From Vampirovibrio chlorellavorus (GTDB lineage Bacteria; Cyanobacteriota; Vampirovibrionia; Vampirovibrionales; Vampirovibrionaceae): a DNA stretch of 64,000 nt. This document shows, piece after piece, positions 39,883-50,327 of the stretch. The translations under genes were made by a program, and so were the position numbers. The DNA lies in assembly GCA_001858525.1 (NCBI GenBank), contig LAPX01000009.1, positions 3,922 through 67,921 on the forward strand, written 5' to 3'. Position 1 is the stretch's first letter, and every line of letters starts with the position of its first letter. The notes beneath the pieces were generated by a model. The model did not search any database. It was not told the origin of the DNA and saw only the letters and a program-made list of their open reading frames with translations.

Positions 39883-40515
39883 TTAGTTGTTCCATGAGAA
39901 CCAGCTCGGAAGCTGAGCCGGGTCGGCACCATAGCACCAAGGGCCGCCCCCTGCCCATTTCTGACAAGCGTTAAGGCCTGCATCACCTCGGGATGCAATG
40001 CGACCGTTATAAAACAACCAAAATTCCAGTCCTTTACCTGGGCCGTTTGTAGTGCCATCGGTGATTCTTCCATCCGGGTCAATATGGAAGTAAACCGCCC
40101 CCGTATTTGTGAGGCTCCCAAATGTGGACGGCAGGCCATAATCGACCAGGGCACCATTATGCAAACGCATGCACACCCACACATTCCCATCACAGGTCAA
40201 AGTTCCCTGCCCGTGGACACTATCAAACGTCGTGCCGGTTTCAATACGAGAGTAATTCAAATAAGGCGTCAGATCTTTGATACCGAAGGTGTCTGTGACG
40301 GTATTGCTGGCTTTGTAATTCTGATAGGCCGCGGCAACGCTGCCTACAAACTCTTTGGCAATGGCGTTGTATCGTTGATTTTGCTGGGATGAAATCAGTT
40401 TTGGGATGGTAAAAGTGGCAATTTCACCCAATATCAACAAACTGATCAGGAGTTCGGCCAAACTAAAAGCCGAGAGCTTCTGCCCCCAAACTGGGGCATT
40501 GCTGGGCAGGTTCAT
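39883..40515 (-). CDS. Type IV pilin-like protein (N-methyl-Phe signal)
   Basis: A|FSLAELLISLLILGEIATFTIPKL; Cys pairs; paralog of 54305..54928. Confidence 0.85.
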   Translation of the reverse strand: MNLPSNAPVWGQKLSAFSLAELLISLLILGEIATFTIPKLISSQQNQRYNAIAKEFVGSVAAAYQNYKASNTVTDTFGIKDLTPYLNYSRIETGTTFDSVHGQGTLTCDGNVWVCMRLHNGALVDYGLPSTFGSLTNTGAVYFHIDPDGRITDGTTNGPGKGLEFWLFYNGRIASRGDAGLNACQKWAGGGPWCYGADPAQLPSWFSWNN

Positions 40516-40556
40516 GAACTAAAAACTCCATGAATTTATTTCACCTTCTCATGGAA

Positions 40557-40583
40557 GTATCGTCAAAGAGTATAAAAACTTTA
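40557..40583 (-). promoter_or_regulatory. Sigma28-like promoter of the pilin-like gene
   Basis: TAAAGTTT-N11-GACGATAC. Confidence 0.68.
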
Positions 40584-40632
40584 ATATAAAGGGAAAGATC
40601 AGGTTCAATCGGCATATACGGGATGTAAAAAC

Positions 40633-41151
40633 TTACTGATCTGACTCGATTTCCCCTTCAAATTTGAAGTCAGATGCTTTTAAATTGGATAAGAAATTTT
40701 TAAATGCTTCTGCCTCGGCCTCATCCCGTTCCTGATCGGTGGAAATGGTGCCTTCGGCCATGACGTTGGCGGTGGCAAAAATCTGCACTTTCGCTTTCAA
40801 GGCCAAGGCAATGGCATCCGATGGCCGAGCGTCAATAATGTGCTGCGTCCCATCAGGATGGTTCAGGTAGATACTGGCAAAATAAGTGTCAGAGTTGATG
40901 TCGTTGATTTCAATTTTGGTAATGCTGTAGCCCAGGGTTTCTACAATATTCCCCAGCAAGTCATGGGTCATGGGCCTAGCCGATTTGATATCTTCCAACT
41001 GCCGAATGATGGCACTGGCTTCCGCTGTACCAATCCAGATGGGCAAGGCGCGACGGTTTTCCTGATCATTTAACACCACAATGGGTGTCCCCGTGCGAGT
41101 ATCCAATGCAATACCCATCACATACAATTCTACTAGTGGTAAACTCTCCAA
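40633..41151 (-). CDS. Bifunctional nuclease family protein (DUF151)
   Basis: LPIWIG..EA, RPMTHDL, IDARPSDAIALA. Confidence 0.92.
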   Translation of the reverse strand: MESLPLVELYVMGIALDTRTGTPIVVLNDQENRRALPIWIGTAEASAIIRQLEDIKSARPMTHDLLGNIVETLGYSITKIEINDINSDTYFASIYLNHPDGTQHIIDARPSDAIALALKAKVQIFATANVMAEGTISTDQERDEAEAEAFKNFLSNLKASDFKFEGEIESDQ

Positions 41152-41248
41152 ATCCTAGTCCTCAACAGAAACGATAAAGCCCCTTTAGTCTATAGGCTTT
41201 ATTATACTGTATATTTACTAAAATTCGGAAGTGTTACGCACGAAACTG

Positions 41249-42373
41249 CTATTTGCCCACCTGGTAGGGGGCTGGTGGCAATGAACCTACTCGATTCAGC
41301 GGCCAAATCCGGAAAACAGCCCGGCCAATGACCCGTTCATCCCGTGCAAATCCCCAATAGCGACTATCCAGACTCTGATTTCGATTATCCCCCATCATGT
41401 AGTACTGACCTGCGGGGATTTTAATGGGACCACAATAAGGCTCCGGTTTAACCAGTGTACAGGTGGCTCCAATTTCATTGACATAGGGCTCATCCAGCTT
41501 TTTGCCGTTCACCCAGACACCTTCTCCAGGGATCACTTCCACCGTATCGCCGGGCAGTCCAACCAGGCGCTTGATGTAAGCCACATCAATGTAGTCATCT
41601 TTTTTGTAAAGCAGGCCCGAAAAACCAGTCCATCGCAGAAACAGGCTGACCGGATCTTTCTTCAGTTGACTCATGGGGGGATAAAAAACCAGAATATCGC
41701 CTCGCTGGTATGGACGCTTCCATCGGGTGACCCGCTCAATCACCAGGCGGTCATTGACTTGTAAGCCAGGCAACATGGATTCGGATGGAATGAGTCGAAG
41801 TTCGCCAATAAAACTTTTAATCACAATCAGGAAAAACAGGACAAAAGCCACCACTTCCATAAGCTCTTTGGCCAGAAACAATGCGGTGTTGCGACCCTGT
41901 TTCTGCCGAACCCGGATCAGGCTGTTGTCGATTTTCTCTGGGGAAATTTGAAATTTTTGGGTGGCCTGCACGAGGACTGGATCGCTGGAAAGGCAAAATG
42001 CTTTCAGCAAATGCTCTACATCCACCAGCACGTTTTTGGTGCCGGTAATCGCGGCATAACTTTTTGCCAGAGACTCGGCAGAGGCCAGCAGACTTTCGTT
42101 TTGGGCAGGAGAAGAGCCTGCAGCGGATTGCTTCAATACTTTGCCAAGTCCGCCGGGTGAAGCGTGCAATTCTTTCAGTAAGCTGTCCAGCCGATTGAAC
42201 GGACGATGGGTCATTAACAGGGCCTGAAAATAAAGGCGCTCGGTGGGCTTGGACAGTCCTGCTTTTTTGGCCAACTTGCTTGCCAGATGGATGGCGTCTT
42301 TCACGTCTTCGGAATAACGAACGGTTTCCAAGTAAAAATCCTCGTGAGGCCCAAAAAACAAGCTGCCACTCAA
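41249..42373 (-). CDS. lepB: Signal peptidase I with N-terminal Clp-N-like domain
   Basis: IPSESMLP (Ser), YIKRLVGLPGD (Lys), GDNRNQSLDSRYWG; about 160-aa N-extension with EHLL motif. Confidence 0.9.
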   Translation of the reverse strand: MSGSLFFGPHEDFYLETVRYSEDVKDAIHLASKLAKKAGLSKPTERLYFQALLMTHRPFNRLDSLLKELHASPGGLGKVLKQSAAGSSPAQNESLLASAESLAKSYAAITGTKNVLVDVEHLLKAFCLSSDPVLVQATQKFQISPEKIDNSLIRVRQKQGRNTALFLAKELMEVVAFVLFFLIVIKSFIGELRLIPSESMLPGLQVNDRLVIERVTRWKRPYQRGDILVFYPPMSQLKKDPVSLFLRWTGFSGLLYKKDDYIDVAYIKRLVGLPGDTVEVIPGEGVWVNGKKLDEPYVNEIGATCTLVKPEPYCGPIKIPAGQYYMMGDNRNQSLDSRYWGFARDERVIGRAVFRIWPLNRVGSLPPAPYQVGK

Positions 42374-42400
42374 GTTGGTAGCAGCGTTCTCATTCTAATA

Positions 42401-43924
42401 TCAGTCTGTTGAAATCTCAATGCAATTTCCATCCCGACGACGCGCGGCACTCAGGGCATTTTCCGTAGCCCGAATGAGGGAGGACACCGAGGTATGTCTT
42501 TCGCTTAAAGGCACAACCCCGGCACAGACAGTCAGACTCAAGGTAGTGTCTTGCCACACCATGGATGATTTTTCCACGCGATCCCGAAACCGTTCCAATG
42601 CTACAAACGCTTGCTCTCTGGCGGTTTGTGGCAATAAAACAGCCAGACTTTTACTGCTGTAACGGGCCAGGAAATCAATGCCCCGGAAACTTTCTTCCAG
42701 AATGTGGGAGATATGTTGCAAGGCCTGATCGCCACAAGCATGGCCCCATTCTTCATTCAATTCCCGGAATCGATCCAGACCGTTCATGGCCAAGGCCAAA
42801 TTCTGCTCGTAGCGTTTGGCCGATTTAAACTCTCGTTGCAAGACAGTCATAAAGTGCTTGTGGTTGAACAAGCCGGTCAAACTGTCGGTAATGGCCCACA
42901 TTTGTGCCTGAGAGTACAAATGGCGCAGCTTCATCAACAGGCGTATCTCGTCTTCCACCAGGTGCACGGGGAAAATTTTAGCGTAATCCACCTTTTGCTT
43001 GGCGAAAAAGGCCACTGACCCAATCAGGCCCGCATCCAGATGAAAATCTTTGACATAAACCGTTTCATAATCGGTGGGGGGGGCTTCCTCGTCCAGTTGT
43101 CCGATCACCTGCGATTCCTGCAGTTCCAACTGGGCATCGGTCAAGCCGCGTGCTTTAAAGCGTTCAAAAAAACTTTCCATCAGTTGCTCTATATGAGTAC
43201 TCGGTTGCTTTTCCCCTTCCGGCAAGTGAAATGTCAGAATGCGTGGCCCTTTGTCGGTATCGTTGTAGAAAATGGCCGCCGCATCGTATTCCAAAATACT
43301 TTCCAGCAAGCTGAAAAACATGTAGTTCATCAAATCGGTGTCATGTACCAAATCAGACAAACTACGGAATTCCACCATCAACATGGATTCCACCAAGGAG
43401 GTGTCCAGTATCTGATTCAGGCGGGTGCGGATATTGAATGGATTCTGAGCGTTGTTGGCCTTCAGCAGCAACTTTTCCTGGATATTCATGCGGTCATAAA
43501 TTTCCAGTACCATCTGGGTTTTTTGCAGCAGTTTGGCTTCGACTTCGTCTTTGCCTAAAAAGTCATCGGCTCCGGCCTTCATTCCCCAGAAACGATCCAT
43601 CTTCAGTGCCTGCTCGGCAATTAGCAGGGTGGGGATCTTGCGCATGACCGGATCATTTTTGACCAGTCGGCAAATCTGATAACCATTTAATTCCGGGGTG
43701 GCGCTCCCGGCCAAAATCATGTCCGGAATGAGTCGATAGACTTTCTGGATGCCTTCAGTGCCATCCAGGGCGTAATCGATATCATAACCGTGCTTTTCCA
43801 GCGCCAGACGACAGGCATTGACCACCAATTCGTCCTGATGAATCACCAGAACCAGCGCTTTACCTTGTTGCGCGGGCTGATTTAACTGCTCTGGATTAGT
43901 ATTACTCTCTGAAAACACGTTCAC
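42401..43924 (-). CDS. Pseudo-receiver plus degenerate GGDEF protein
   Basis: REC fold lacking acidic residues; DSLTGLFN, GHACGD, RGID-FLARY-SSKSL. Confidence 0.85.
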   Translation of the reverse strand: MNVFSESNTNPEQLNQPAQQGKALVLVIHQDELVVNACRLALEKHGYDIDYALDGTEGIQKVYRLIPDMILAGSATPELNGYQICRLVKNDPVMRKIPTLLIAEQALKMDRFWGMKAGADDFLGKDEVEAKLLQKTQMVLEIYDRMNIQEKLLLKANNAQNPFNIRTRLNQILDTSLVESMLMVEFRSLSDLVHDTDLMNYMFFSLLESILEYDAAAIFYNDTDKGPRILTFHLPEGEKQPSTHIEQLMESFFERFKARGLTDAQLELQESQVIGQLDEEAPPTDYETVYVKDFHLDAGLIGSVAFFAKQKVDYAKIFPVHLVEDEIRLLMKLRHLYSQAQMWAITDSLTGLFNHKHFMTVLQREFKSAKRYEQNLALAMNGLDRFRELNEEWGHACGDQALQHISHILEESFRGIDFLARYSSKSLAVLLPQTAREQAFVALERFRDRVEKSSMVWQDTTLSLTVCAGVVPLSERHTSVSSLIRATENALSAARRRDGNCIEISTD

Positions 43925-44226
43925 GCCGTTTGAAAACTCTAAATCGTATTAGCTATCGTATCCCAATATATCGTTTTTGCGGCTTTATTTGTCGAAATAT
44001 CAAGCAACACTTGAAAACGATTATGGGGAGACGTCAGTTGATAACCCAATATCCCATCTAAATCCCAAACTCCTCTAGCTGATGGAAGCCAAGAAGCCCT
44101 TTATTTTTTTATGATGCCATAAAAGGCACACGCTGCGTACGCAAATTTCAGTTAAACCAAATTCAGGGTTTCAAACCGATTTGGTGGTTTTCCAGGGCAA
44201 AGCGATAGGACGGACCCCAACAGTCA

Positions 44227-46896
44227 ATGGACAGCTTGGACACCCAGCCATTTGAAGAGTACCCGGTGTATGATTCCATACAAGGGCTAGTTTCCGTGGG
44301 GGAGCCTGAGGACGGGTTGAGTCCATTTGCCTCAGGAGCGCCGTCGGCACGACAGGCACCCGTTTCTAAAGCCCGTAATCTGTATGATCAAGGGGTGCTG
44401 TCTAATTTCAAAAAGAATACTGATGAGGCTTTGTCCTGTCTGGAACAAGCCTATGGTCTCTTTTTACAGGAACATCATTACCTGGGGGCCATTGAGTGTC
44501 TGGTGGAGCTGGCTTGGCTGAAGTATAACAGTGGTTCCTCGGATGCTGTGCATAAATCGGCCCGGCTCTTCTCGGAAGCCCTTAAGATGATCAACGTGCA
44601 CATGCACGAGGTCGGCATAAACGAGGTTCGGGCCCGCTTGCTTCACTATCAGGGGTTGGTCAAGTATCGGGAAAAGCGTTTTGGCGAGGCGGTCAAGCAT
44701 TTTATGTACGCCCGCACCTTCTGTCACCCGGATGGCATGGAGTCTGCCCGCATTCTGGATAGTCTAGCCGTTCATTATGAGCATACCAACGATTACTACC
44801 GGGCCATTCAGTGCCTGCAAAAGGCTTTGGAAATAAAGCAACAAGCGGGTTGCGAGTCTGAGCAGGCTGTCAGTTGCCAAATCATTGGTCGGATTTACAT
44901 CCTGCGGGAAGAGTATCCGCAGGCGGAACGATTTTTGAATCAGGCCCTGCAAATTTCAGTGACGCTTCAGGATGCTTATCGTTGCGCTCGGATTAAAAAC
45001 GATTTGGTCAGACTGAGCATTTATCAGGGGCATTTTGAACAAGCGCAAGGCTTGATTGCCCAGCTGGAAGCTGAATGTACGGACAAGCACATGCGAATTC
45101 CCTTTGGGAAGAGCCAGTTTTACAAGGCCTACATTTATTACAGCCAGCTTCGCTTTGGAGAGTCTCAACAATTACTGGAAACCGAGGTGCTGCCCATTTT
45201 TAAACGGCAGCGCTACCGCAAGGGCTTTGCTATGGCCAGCCGGTTATTGGCTTGTTTGCACTATCAGGGTGGGCAAGGGGCTCGTGCCATCGAAGAAATG
45301 AGTGAAGTGATCGCCATCTTTAAAGAAGAGGGTAGTATCACGGAACTGGCCAAGACTTACTTCGAGCTGGGCAAGATTTATTTGTCTTTAAATGAGCCCA
45401 AGCTGGCCTTGGCCAGTATGCTGGAGTCTCTGCGCATTGCCGAAAGCAACGGGCTCAGCTTTATTATCAGCCACATTGAAGATGAAATTTTCCGGCTGGA
45501 TGAGCGGAAATGGCAGGAAATTGTCGAGAAGCGGGCCAATCACGACCGGGTTTTTGAAAAAGATCTCAACCTGATGGATGCCCTGGAGGCTTTGTCAGAG
45601 CAACCGGAACAACCGGCGCAAAACCAGAGCCAAAATCCCAACCAACGGCTGGTTTCGCTGTTGCGGGTTGGGCAGGCCATGTCCGCCGAACGGGATTTGG
45701 AAAAGCTGCTGACCTTGATTAAAAGTGAAACCGAGCAGGCCCTGGATGCGGAGCGCTGTACGGTATTTTTGTACGATCGGGATAATAATGAGCTTTGGTC
45801 TAAAGTGGCTACCGGCCTGGAAACCAGCGAGGAAATCCGTTTTCCGGCCCATTTGGGATTGGCAGGCTATGTGGTCAAAACCGGAGAAGTCCTGAACATC
45901 AAGGATGCCTATGACGATCCCCGGTTTAACCAGGATATCGATAAAAAAACCGGGTATCGCACCCGAAATATTTTGTGTTTGCCCATGCGCAACCGCAAGA
46001 TGGAGATCATTGGGGTTTTTCAGGTTCTGAATAAAAGGGTTTCCCACTTTGATAAGGTGGATGAAGACCTGCTAACGGCTATTTCGACCAATGCCGGGGT
46101 GGCCCTGGAAAACGCCACACTAGCCAAAGAGATGAAAATCTCCTTTGACAGTTTTGTTAAAACGCTCTCCAGCACCATTGACGCCCGAGATCCCATCACG
46201 GCGGGTCATTCCGAGCGGGTGGCCGAGTACTCTGTACTGCTGGGCGAAGAAATGGAAATGCAGCAAGATGAGTTAGAGGCACTCAAGTACGCTTCGCTGC
46301 TGCATGACATCGGCAAAATTGGCATTCAGGAGGATATTCTGAAAAAAGACGGGCGCTTGACCGAGAAAGAGTACCGTCACATCCAGAAGCATGTGTACTA
46401 TACCCACGAGATCCTGAAAAACGTTCACTTTGAGCGCCATTTGCAACTGGTGCCAGAGATCGCCGCCTCTCATCATGAGAAAATGGATGGCAGTGGCTAT
46501 CACCGGGGCCTGCAGGGGCAGGAAATTTTATTGTCCGGGCGGATTTTGGCCATTTCCGATGTCTTTGACGCCATTACTTCCCGCCGGCATTACCGGAACC
46601 GGATGGCCTTCGACAAGGTGCTGACCATTATGAAACGGGATGCCGGAACCCACTTTGATCCAGAGTGTGTGGATGCCTTTTTTAATATCCCCTTGTCCCG
46701 ATTGGGTGTGGTCTTGCTCATGGATCGGGGGAACGGGGTGGATGAGGAGGGCATGATTCTGGTGGATCAGCTGGACTCTGTTATCACCGTCGGAGAGTAT
46801 TACAAATGCCTGAACAAAGAGGCCATGAGTAAAGGGGAAGCGGATGTGCATCGGGTTTTTAGCAACTTGTACCACTTCACCGGAAAAATAGACTAA
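44227..46896 (+). CDS. TPR-GAF-HD-GYP cyclic-dinucleotide phosphodiesterase
   Basis: Helical TPR-like repeats; GAF (DAYDDPRFN..D..TGYRT, NK); HSERV, HDIGKIG, HHEKMDGSGYH, DVFDA. Confidence 0.88.
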   Translation: MDSLDTQPFEEYPVYDSIQGLVSVGEPEDGLSPFASGAPSARQAPVSKARNLYDQGVLSNFKKNTDEALSCLEQAYGLFLQEHHYLGAIECLVELAWLKYNSGSSDAVHKSARLFSEALKMINVHMHEVGINEVRARLLHYQGLVKYREKRFGEAVKHFMYARTFCHPDGMESARILDSLAVHYEHTNDYYRAIQCLQKALEIKQQAGCESEQAVSCQIIGRIYILREEYPQAERFLNQALQISVTLQDAYRCARIKNDLVRLSIYQGHFEQAQGLIAQLEAECTDKHMRIPFGKSQFYKAYIYYSQLRFGESQQLLETEVLPIFKRQRYRKGFAMASRLLACLHYQGGQGARAIEEMSEVIAIFKEEGSITELAKTYFELGKIYLSLNEPKLALASMLESLRIAESNGLSFIISHIEDEIFRLDERKWQEIVEKRANHDRVFEKDLNLMDALEALSEQPEQPAQNQSQNPNQRLVSLLRVGQAMSAERDLEKLLTLIKSETEQALDAERCTVFLYDRDNNELWSKVATGLETSEEIRFPAHLGLAGYVVKTGEVLNIKDAYDDPRFNQDIDKKTGYRTRNILCLPMRNRKMEIIGVFQVLNKRVSHFDKVDEDLLTAISTNAGVALENATLAKEMKISFDSFVKTLSSTIDARDPITAGHSERVAEYSVLLGEEMEMQQDELEALKYASLLHDIGKIGIQEDILKKDGRLTEKEYRHIQKHVYYTHEILKNVHFERHLQLVPEIAASHHEKMDGSGYHRGLQGQEILLSGRILAISDVFDAITSRRHYRNRMAFDKVLTIMKRDAGTHFDPECVDAFFNIPLSRLGVVLLMDRGNGVDEEGMILVDQLDSVITVGEYYKCLNKEAMSKGEADVHRVFSNLYHFTGKID

Positions 46897-46955
46897 AAAT
46901 CATGGCTCCTTCTAACCATCTCCCGGGAAGGCTTCATTTTGAGCGTTTTCAAGGC

Positions 46956-47010
46956 AAAAATCCGCTGACAGGCTCCCTGGCCTTTGGGCGCAGGTAAATC
47001 AGCGGACTTT
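46956..47010. terminator. Hairpin between convergent genes
   Basis: AAAAATCCGCTGA...TCAGCGGACTTTT. Confidence 0.45.
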
Positions 47011-47034
47011 TACGCGAAGCGTGTGAATATTGAC

Positions 47035-47286
47035 TTAGGTTGACTTGAACCGTCGGGACTTGTCGTTGGCTGGCGGGGTGTCAAGCGTGTCGGGCTTGTC
47101 TACCACTTGCAAATGCCGTTTGAATTCAACGTAAAAGCCACAGTTCTTGACCTGAACATCACCGTCCAAATGAGCGACCCCTACGGCCAGGGCTTCCAGC
47201 AGCGGACACATGACGCCTTTGAGAAAGTACTCGCAGGAGTAACACTGGTCTTCTTCTTCAATATGGACGTGACCATCGTAGTACAT
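47035..47286 (-). CDS. Small four-Cys hypothetical protein
   Basis: AAGGA RBS; CxxC, CP, NC. Confidence 0.7.
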   Translation of the reverse strand: MYYDGHVHIEEEDQCYSCEYFLKGVMCPLLEALAVGVAHLDGDVQVKNCGFYVEFKRHLQVVDKPDTLDTPPANDKSRRFKST

Positions 47287-47743
47287 GAGTCGTATGACTT
47301 CCTTTAAGTGGGAGTTTGGGTGAATTCCGATCCGGCAAGTGGCCTGCCGAGGGCATCGGGAGGGGTTTTGAAATATGCCTGTATACCTTGCCTTGCCACT
47401 TTAGTTCAAAATGTATACCGACCTTTTTATTATAGCCCCCCACCCTTTATAATTAAAGTGGCAAAGCTGAGCAATTAGACAACAAACACATGAGCTCTGG
47501 GGAAGCCGTGACCCTCAAAAGGATTTCCGTTTTCTTGAAAAAAAATCAGACTTTACATTGCGTTACAATTTGTCTGGGAGTCATCTTTTTGTTACAAACA
47601 GGTTAAGATAAAAAAAGCTGTGTTGGGCGATCGAGGGAATATTTGGCTTTTTTTGACAATCAGAACTTTTTATTTCGTTGTCAACACTGCTTTTTGGATA
47701 TAAACACAGGTTTAAGTTGAGGCAATCGAGGGTAGTCCCTGTC

Positions 47744-49354
47744 ATGGATGTAATCAGTTCAGCCGTAAATACCGCATCGGTCTTGTTTCAGGAAAATGGG
47801 GAGGCCATGCAAGAGCAGGTGGAACTGCTTCGCCAGCGGATTCAAACGGCTCGGCTGGGAGGGGGGCAAGCCCTGATTGATAAACACACCCAGCGGGGCA
47901 AGTGGTTTGTGCGAGATCGCATTGAAGCCCTGCTGGATCCGGATACCCCGTTTCTGGAGTTTAGCGCCTTGGCCGCTTATGAGCTGTACGATAATGCCGC
48001 GCCGGGCGCCGGTTTGGTTACCGGCATTGGGCGAGTCCATGGCGTGGAATGCCTGATTGTGGCCAATGACGCCACCGTCAAAGGGGGCACTTATTTCCCC
48101 ATGACCGTAAAAAAGCACCTGCGGGCTCAGGAAATCGCCCAGGAGAATGGGCTGCCTTGTATTTATTTAGTGGATTCCGGCGGGGCCTTTTTGCCCATGC
48201 AGGATGAGGTCTTTCCGGATAAAGACCACTTCGGGCGTATTTTCTACAATCAGGCCCAAATGTCGGCGCAAGGGCTTCCCCAGATTGCCGTGGTCATGGG
48301 TTCTTGCACGGCCGGTGGGGCTTATATCCCCGCCATGTGCGATGAAAGTATCATCGTCAAGGGCCAAGGCACCATATTTCTGGGCGGACCACCCTTGGTG
48401 AAGGCGGCTACCGGAGAGGAAGTTTCTGCCGAGGATTTGGGCGGGGCGGATGTGCATTGCCGCACGTCGGGCGTGACCGATCACTACGCCCTGAATGATG
48501 AGGACGCTATTGGCATCACCCGCAACATTGTGCAGAATTTAAACCGGCGGCCCCAAGCCCGCTTGAATCAGGACCCGCCCGAAGCGCCCTTGTACGATCC
48601 GGCGGAAATTTACGGCATCATTAATAAAGATATTCGCAAACCGTATGATGTACGCGAAATCATTGCCCGGTTGGTGGATGGCAGCCGCTTCCACGAGTTC
48701 AAGGCCTTGTACGGGACTACTCTGGTGTGTGGCTTTGCCCGCATTCTGGGTTATCCGGTGGGCATTATCGCCAACAATGGGGTGCTATTTTCGGAAAGCG
48801 CCCTGAAGGCCGCTCACTTTGTGGAATTGTGCAATCAGCGGGGCATTCCCCTGGTCTTTTTGCAGAACATCACCGGCTTTATGGTGGGCCGTCAGTATGA
48901 GGCAGGCGGTATCGCCCGGGATGGGGCCAAAATGGTGATGGCCGTTTCCAACGCCTCGGTACCCAAGTTCACCGTGATCATCGGTGGCTCTTACGGGGCG
49001 GGCAATTACGGCATGTGTGGCCGGGCCTTTGGGGCCAGACAAGTGTGGATGTGGCCCAACGCCCGTATTTCGGTTATGGGCGGAGAGCAAGCGGCCAATG
49101 TGCTGCTCACGGTCAAGAAAGATCAGTTGGCCACCCAGGGCAAACCGGCCATGAGCTCTGATGACGAGGAAGCCTTCAAGGCCCCTACGCTGGAAAAGTA
49201 CGCCCGGGAAAGCAGCGCCTACTACAGTACGGCCCGGCTGTGGGATGACGGCATTATTGACCCGGTGGATACCCGTATGGTCTTGGGTCTGGGCATTGCC
49301 GCTGCTTTAAACGCGCCTTTCCCGGAACGCCAGCAAGGCGTATTCCGCTTTTAG
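47744..49354 (+). CDS. liuB: 3-methylcrotonyl-CoA carboxylase, carboxyltransferase subunit
   Basis: [44 protein letters not shown]. Confidence 0.93.
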   Translation: MDVISSAVNTASVLFQENGEAMQEQVELLRQRIQTARLGGGQALIDKHTQRGKWFVRDRIEALLDPDTPFLEFSALAAYELYDNAAPGAGLVTGIGRVHGVECLIVANDATVKGGTYFPMTVKKHLRAQEIAQENGLPCIYLVDSGGAFLPMQDEVFPDKDHFGRIFYNQAQMSAQGLPQIAVVMGSCTAGGAYIPAMCDESIIVKGQGTIFLGGPPLVKAATGEEVSAEDLGGADVHCRTSGVTDHYALNDEDAIGITRNIVQNLNRRPQARLNQDPPEAPLYDPAEIYGIINKDIRKPYDVREIIARLVDGSRFHEFKALYGTTLVCGFARILGYPVGIIANNGVLFSESALKAAHFVELCNQRGIPLVFLQNITGFMVGRQYEAGGIARDGAKMVMAVSNASVPKFTVIIGGSYGAGNYGMCGRAFGARQVWMWPNARISVMGGEQAANVLLTVKKDQLATQGKPAMSSDDEEAFKAPTLEKYARESSAYYSTARLWDDGIIDPVDTRMVLGLGIAAALNAPFPERQQGVFRF

Positions 49355-49458
49355 GCGGTTTTAGACAGTGTACAGGTTTGGGTCTTGCTGGTACGCTAGT
49401 GCATGCCAGCCAATTTACAGGCACACAACATCAATTGGCAGAGGAGAGGGACACAGGC

Positions 49459-50277
49459 GTGGGAGATTTCGTCCAGATTGCGGTAGAAGAGAAACCAACC
49501 GGGGCCATTGCCACCGTTACTCTGGGGCGGCCGGAACTGCACAACGCCTTTAACGCCCAGATGATCGCCGAGCTGCGAGAGGCCTTTGTGGGTTTCGGCA
49601 AAAATTCTCCGGTGCGGGCCATTGTGCTGCAGGGCGAGGGCAAGTCATTCTGTGCCGGGGCCGATCTCAACTGGATGCGGCAGATGGTGGACTTCAGTTT
49701 TACCCAAAATGTGGAGGATGCCCATGCCCTGGCCAGTATGTTCCGGGCCATTCAGCATTGCCCCAAGCCGGTGATTGCCCGGGTACATGGGGCGGCCTTT
49801 GGCGGCGGGGTGGGTTTGGTAGCCGCTTGTGATATGGCCTTTGCCACCGAATCCGCCAGCTTTTGCCTAAGTGAGGTGAAGCTGGGCTTGCTGCCTGCCG
49901 TGATTTCCCCGTTTGTGTTGAAGAAGATTGGGGAAGCGGAAGCTCGTCGTTACTTTTTAACCGCCGAGAAATTTACAGCCGCCGAGGCCCATCGCATTGG
50001 CCTGATTTCCGAGGTTTTGCCCGATGAAGCGACCTTGGATGGTCGCATTGAGGATATTGCAAAGGCCTTGTGCGCCAACGGGCCGGAGGCCATTGCCCAA
50101 AGTAAGGTGTTGATTGAACAGGTCTGCCACTTTGATTGGGAACGGGCCGTGGACATTACCACCAAGCTGATTGCAGAGCGTCGCATTTCCGCCGAAGGGC
50201 AAGAGGGCATGCAGGCCTTTCTGGAAAAACGCAGTCCGGCCTGGATGCAGAGAGAACAGCCAGAACATACAAAGTAA
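49459..50277 (+). CDS. liuC: Methylglutaconyl-CoA hydratase (crotonase family)
   Basis: RPELHNAFN, FCAGADLNWM, GGGVGL, SEVKLGL; operon context. Confidence 0.88.
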   Translation: MGDFVQIAVEEKPTGAIATVTLGRPELHNAFNAQMIAELREAFVGFGKNSPVRAIVLQGEGKSFCAGADLNWMRQMVDFSFTQNVEDAHALASMFRAIQHCPKPVIARVHGAAFGGGVGLVAACDMAFATESASFCLSEVKLGLLPAVISPFVLKKIGEAEARRYFLTAEKFTAAEAHRIGLISEVLPDEATLDGRIEDIAKALCANGPEAIAQSKVLIEQVCHFDWERAVDITTKLIAERRISAEGQEGMQAFLEKRSPAWMQREQPEHTK

Positions 50278-50327
50278 ACCGAACAATTTTAGTCATTTTT
50301 TCAGTCAAATAGTAGAGCGAGGGCACG

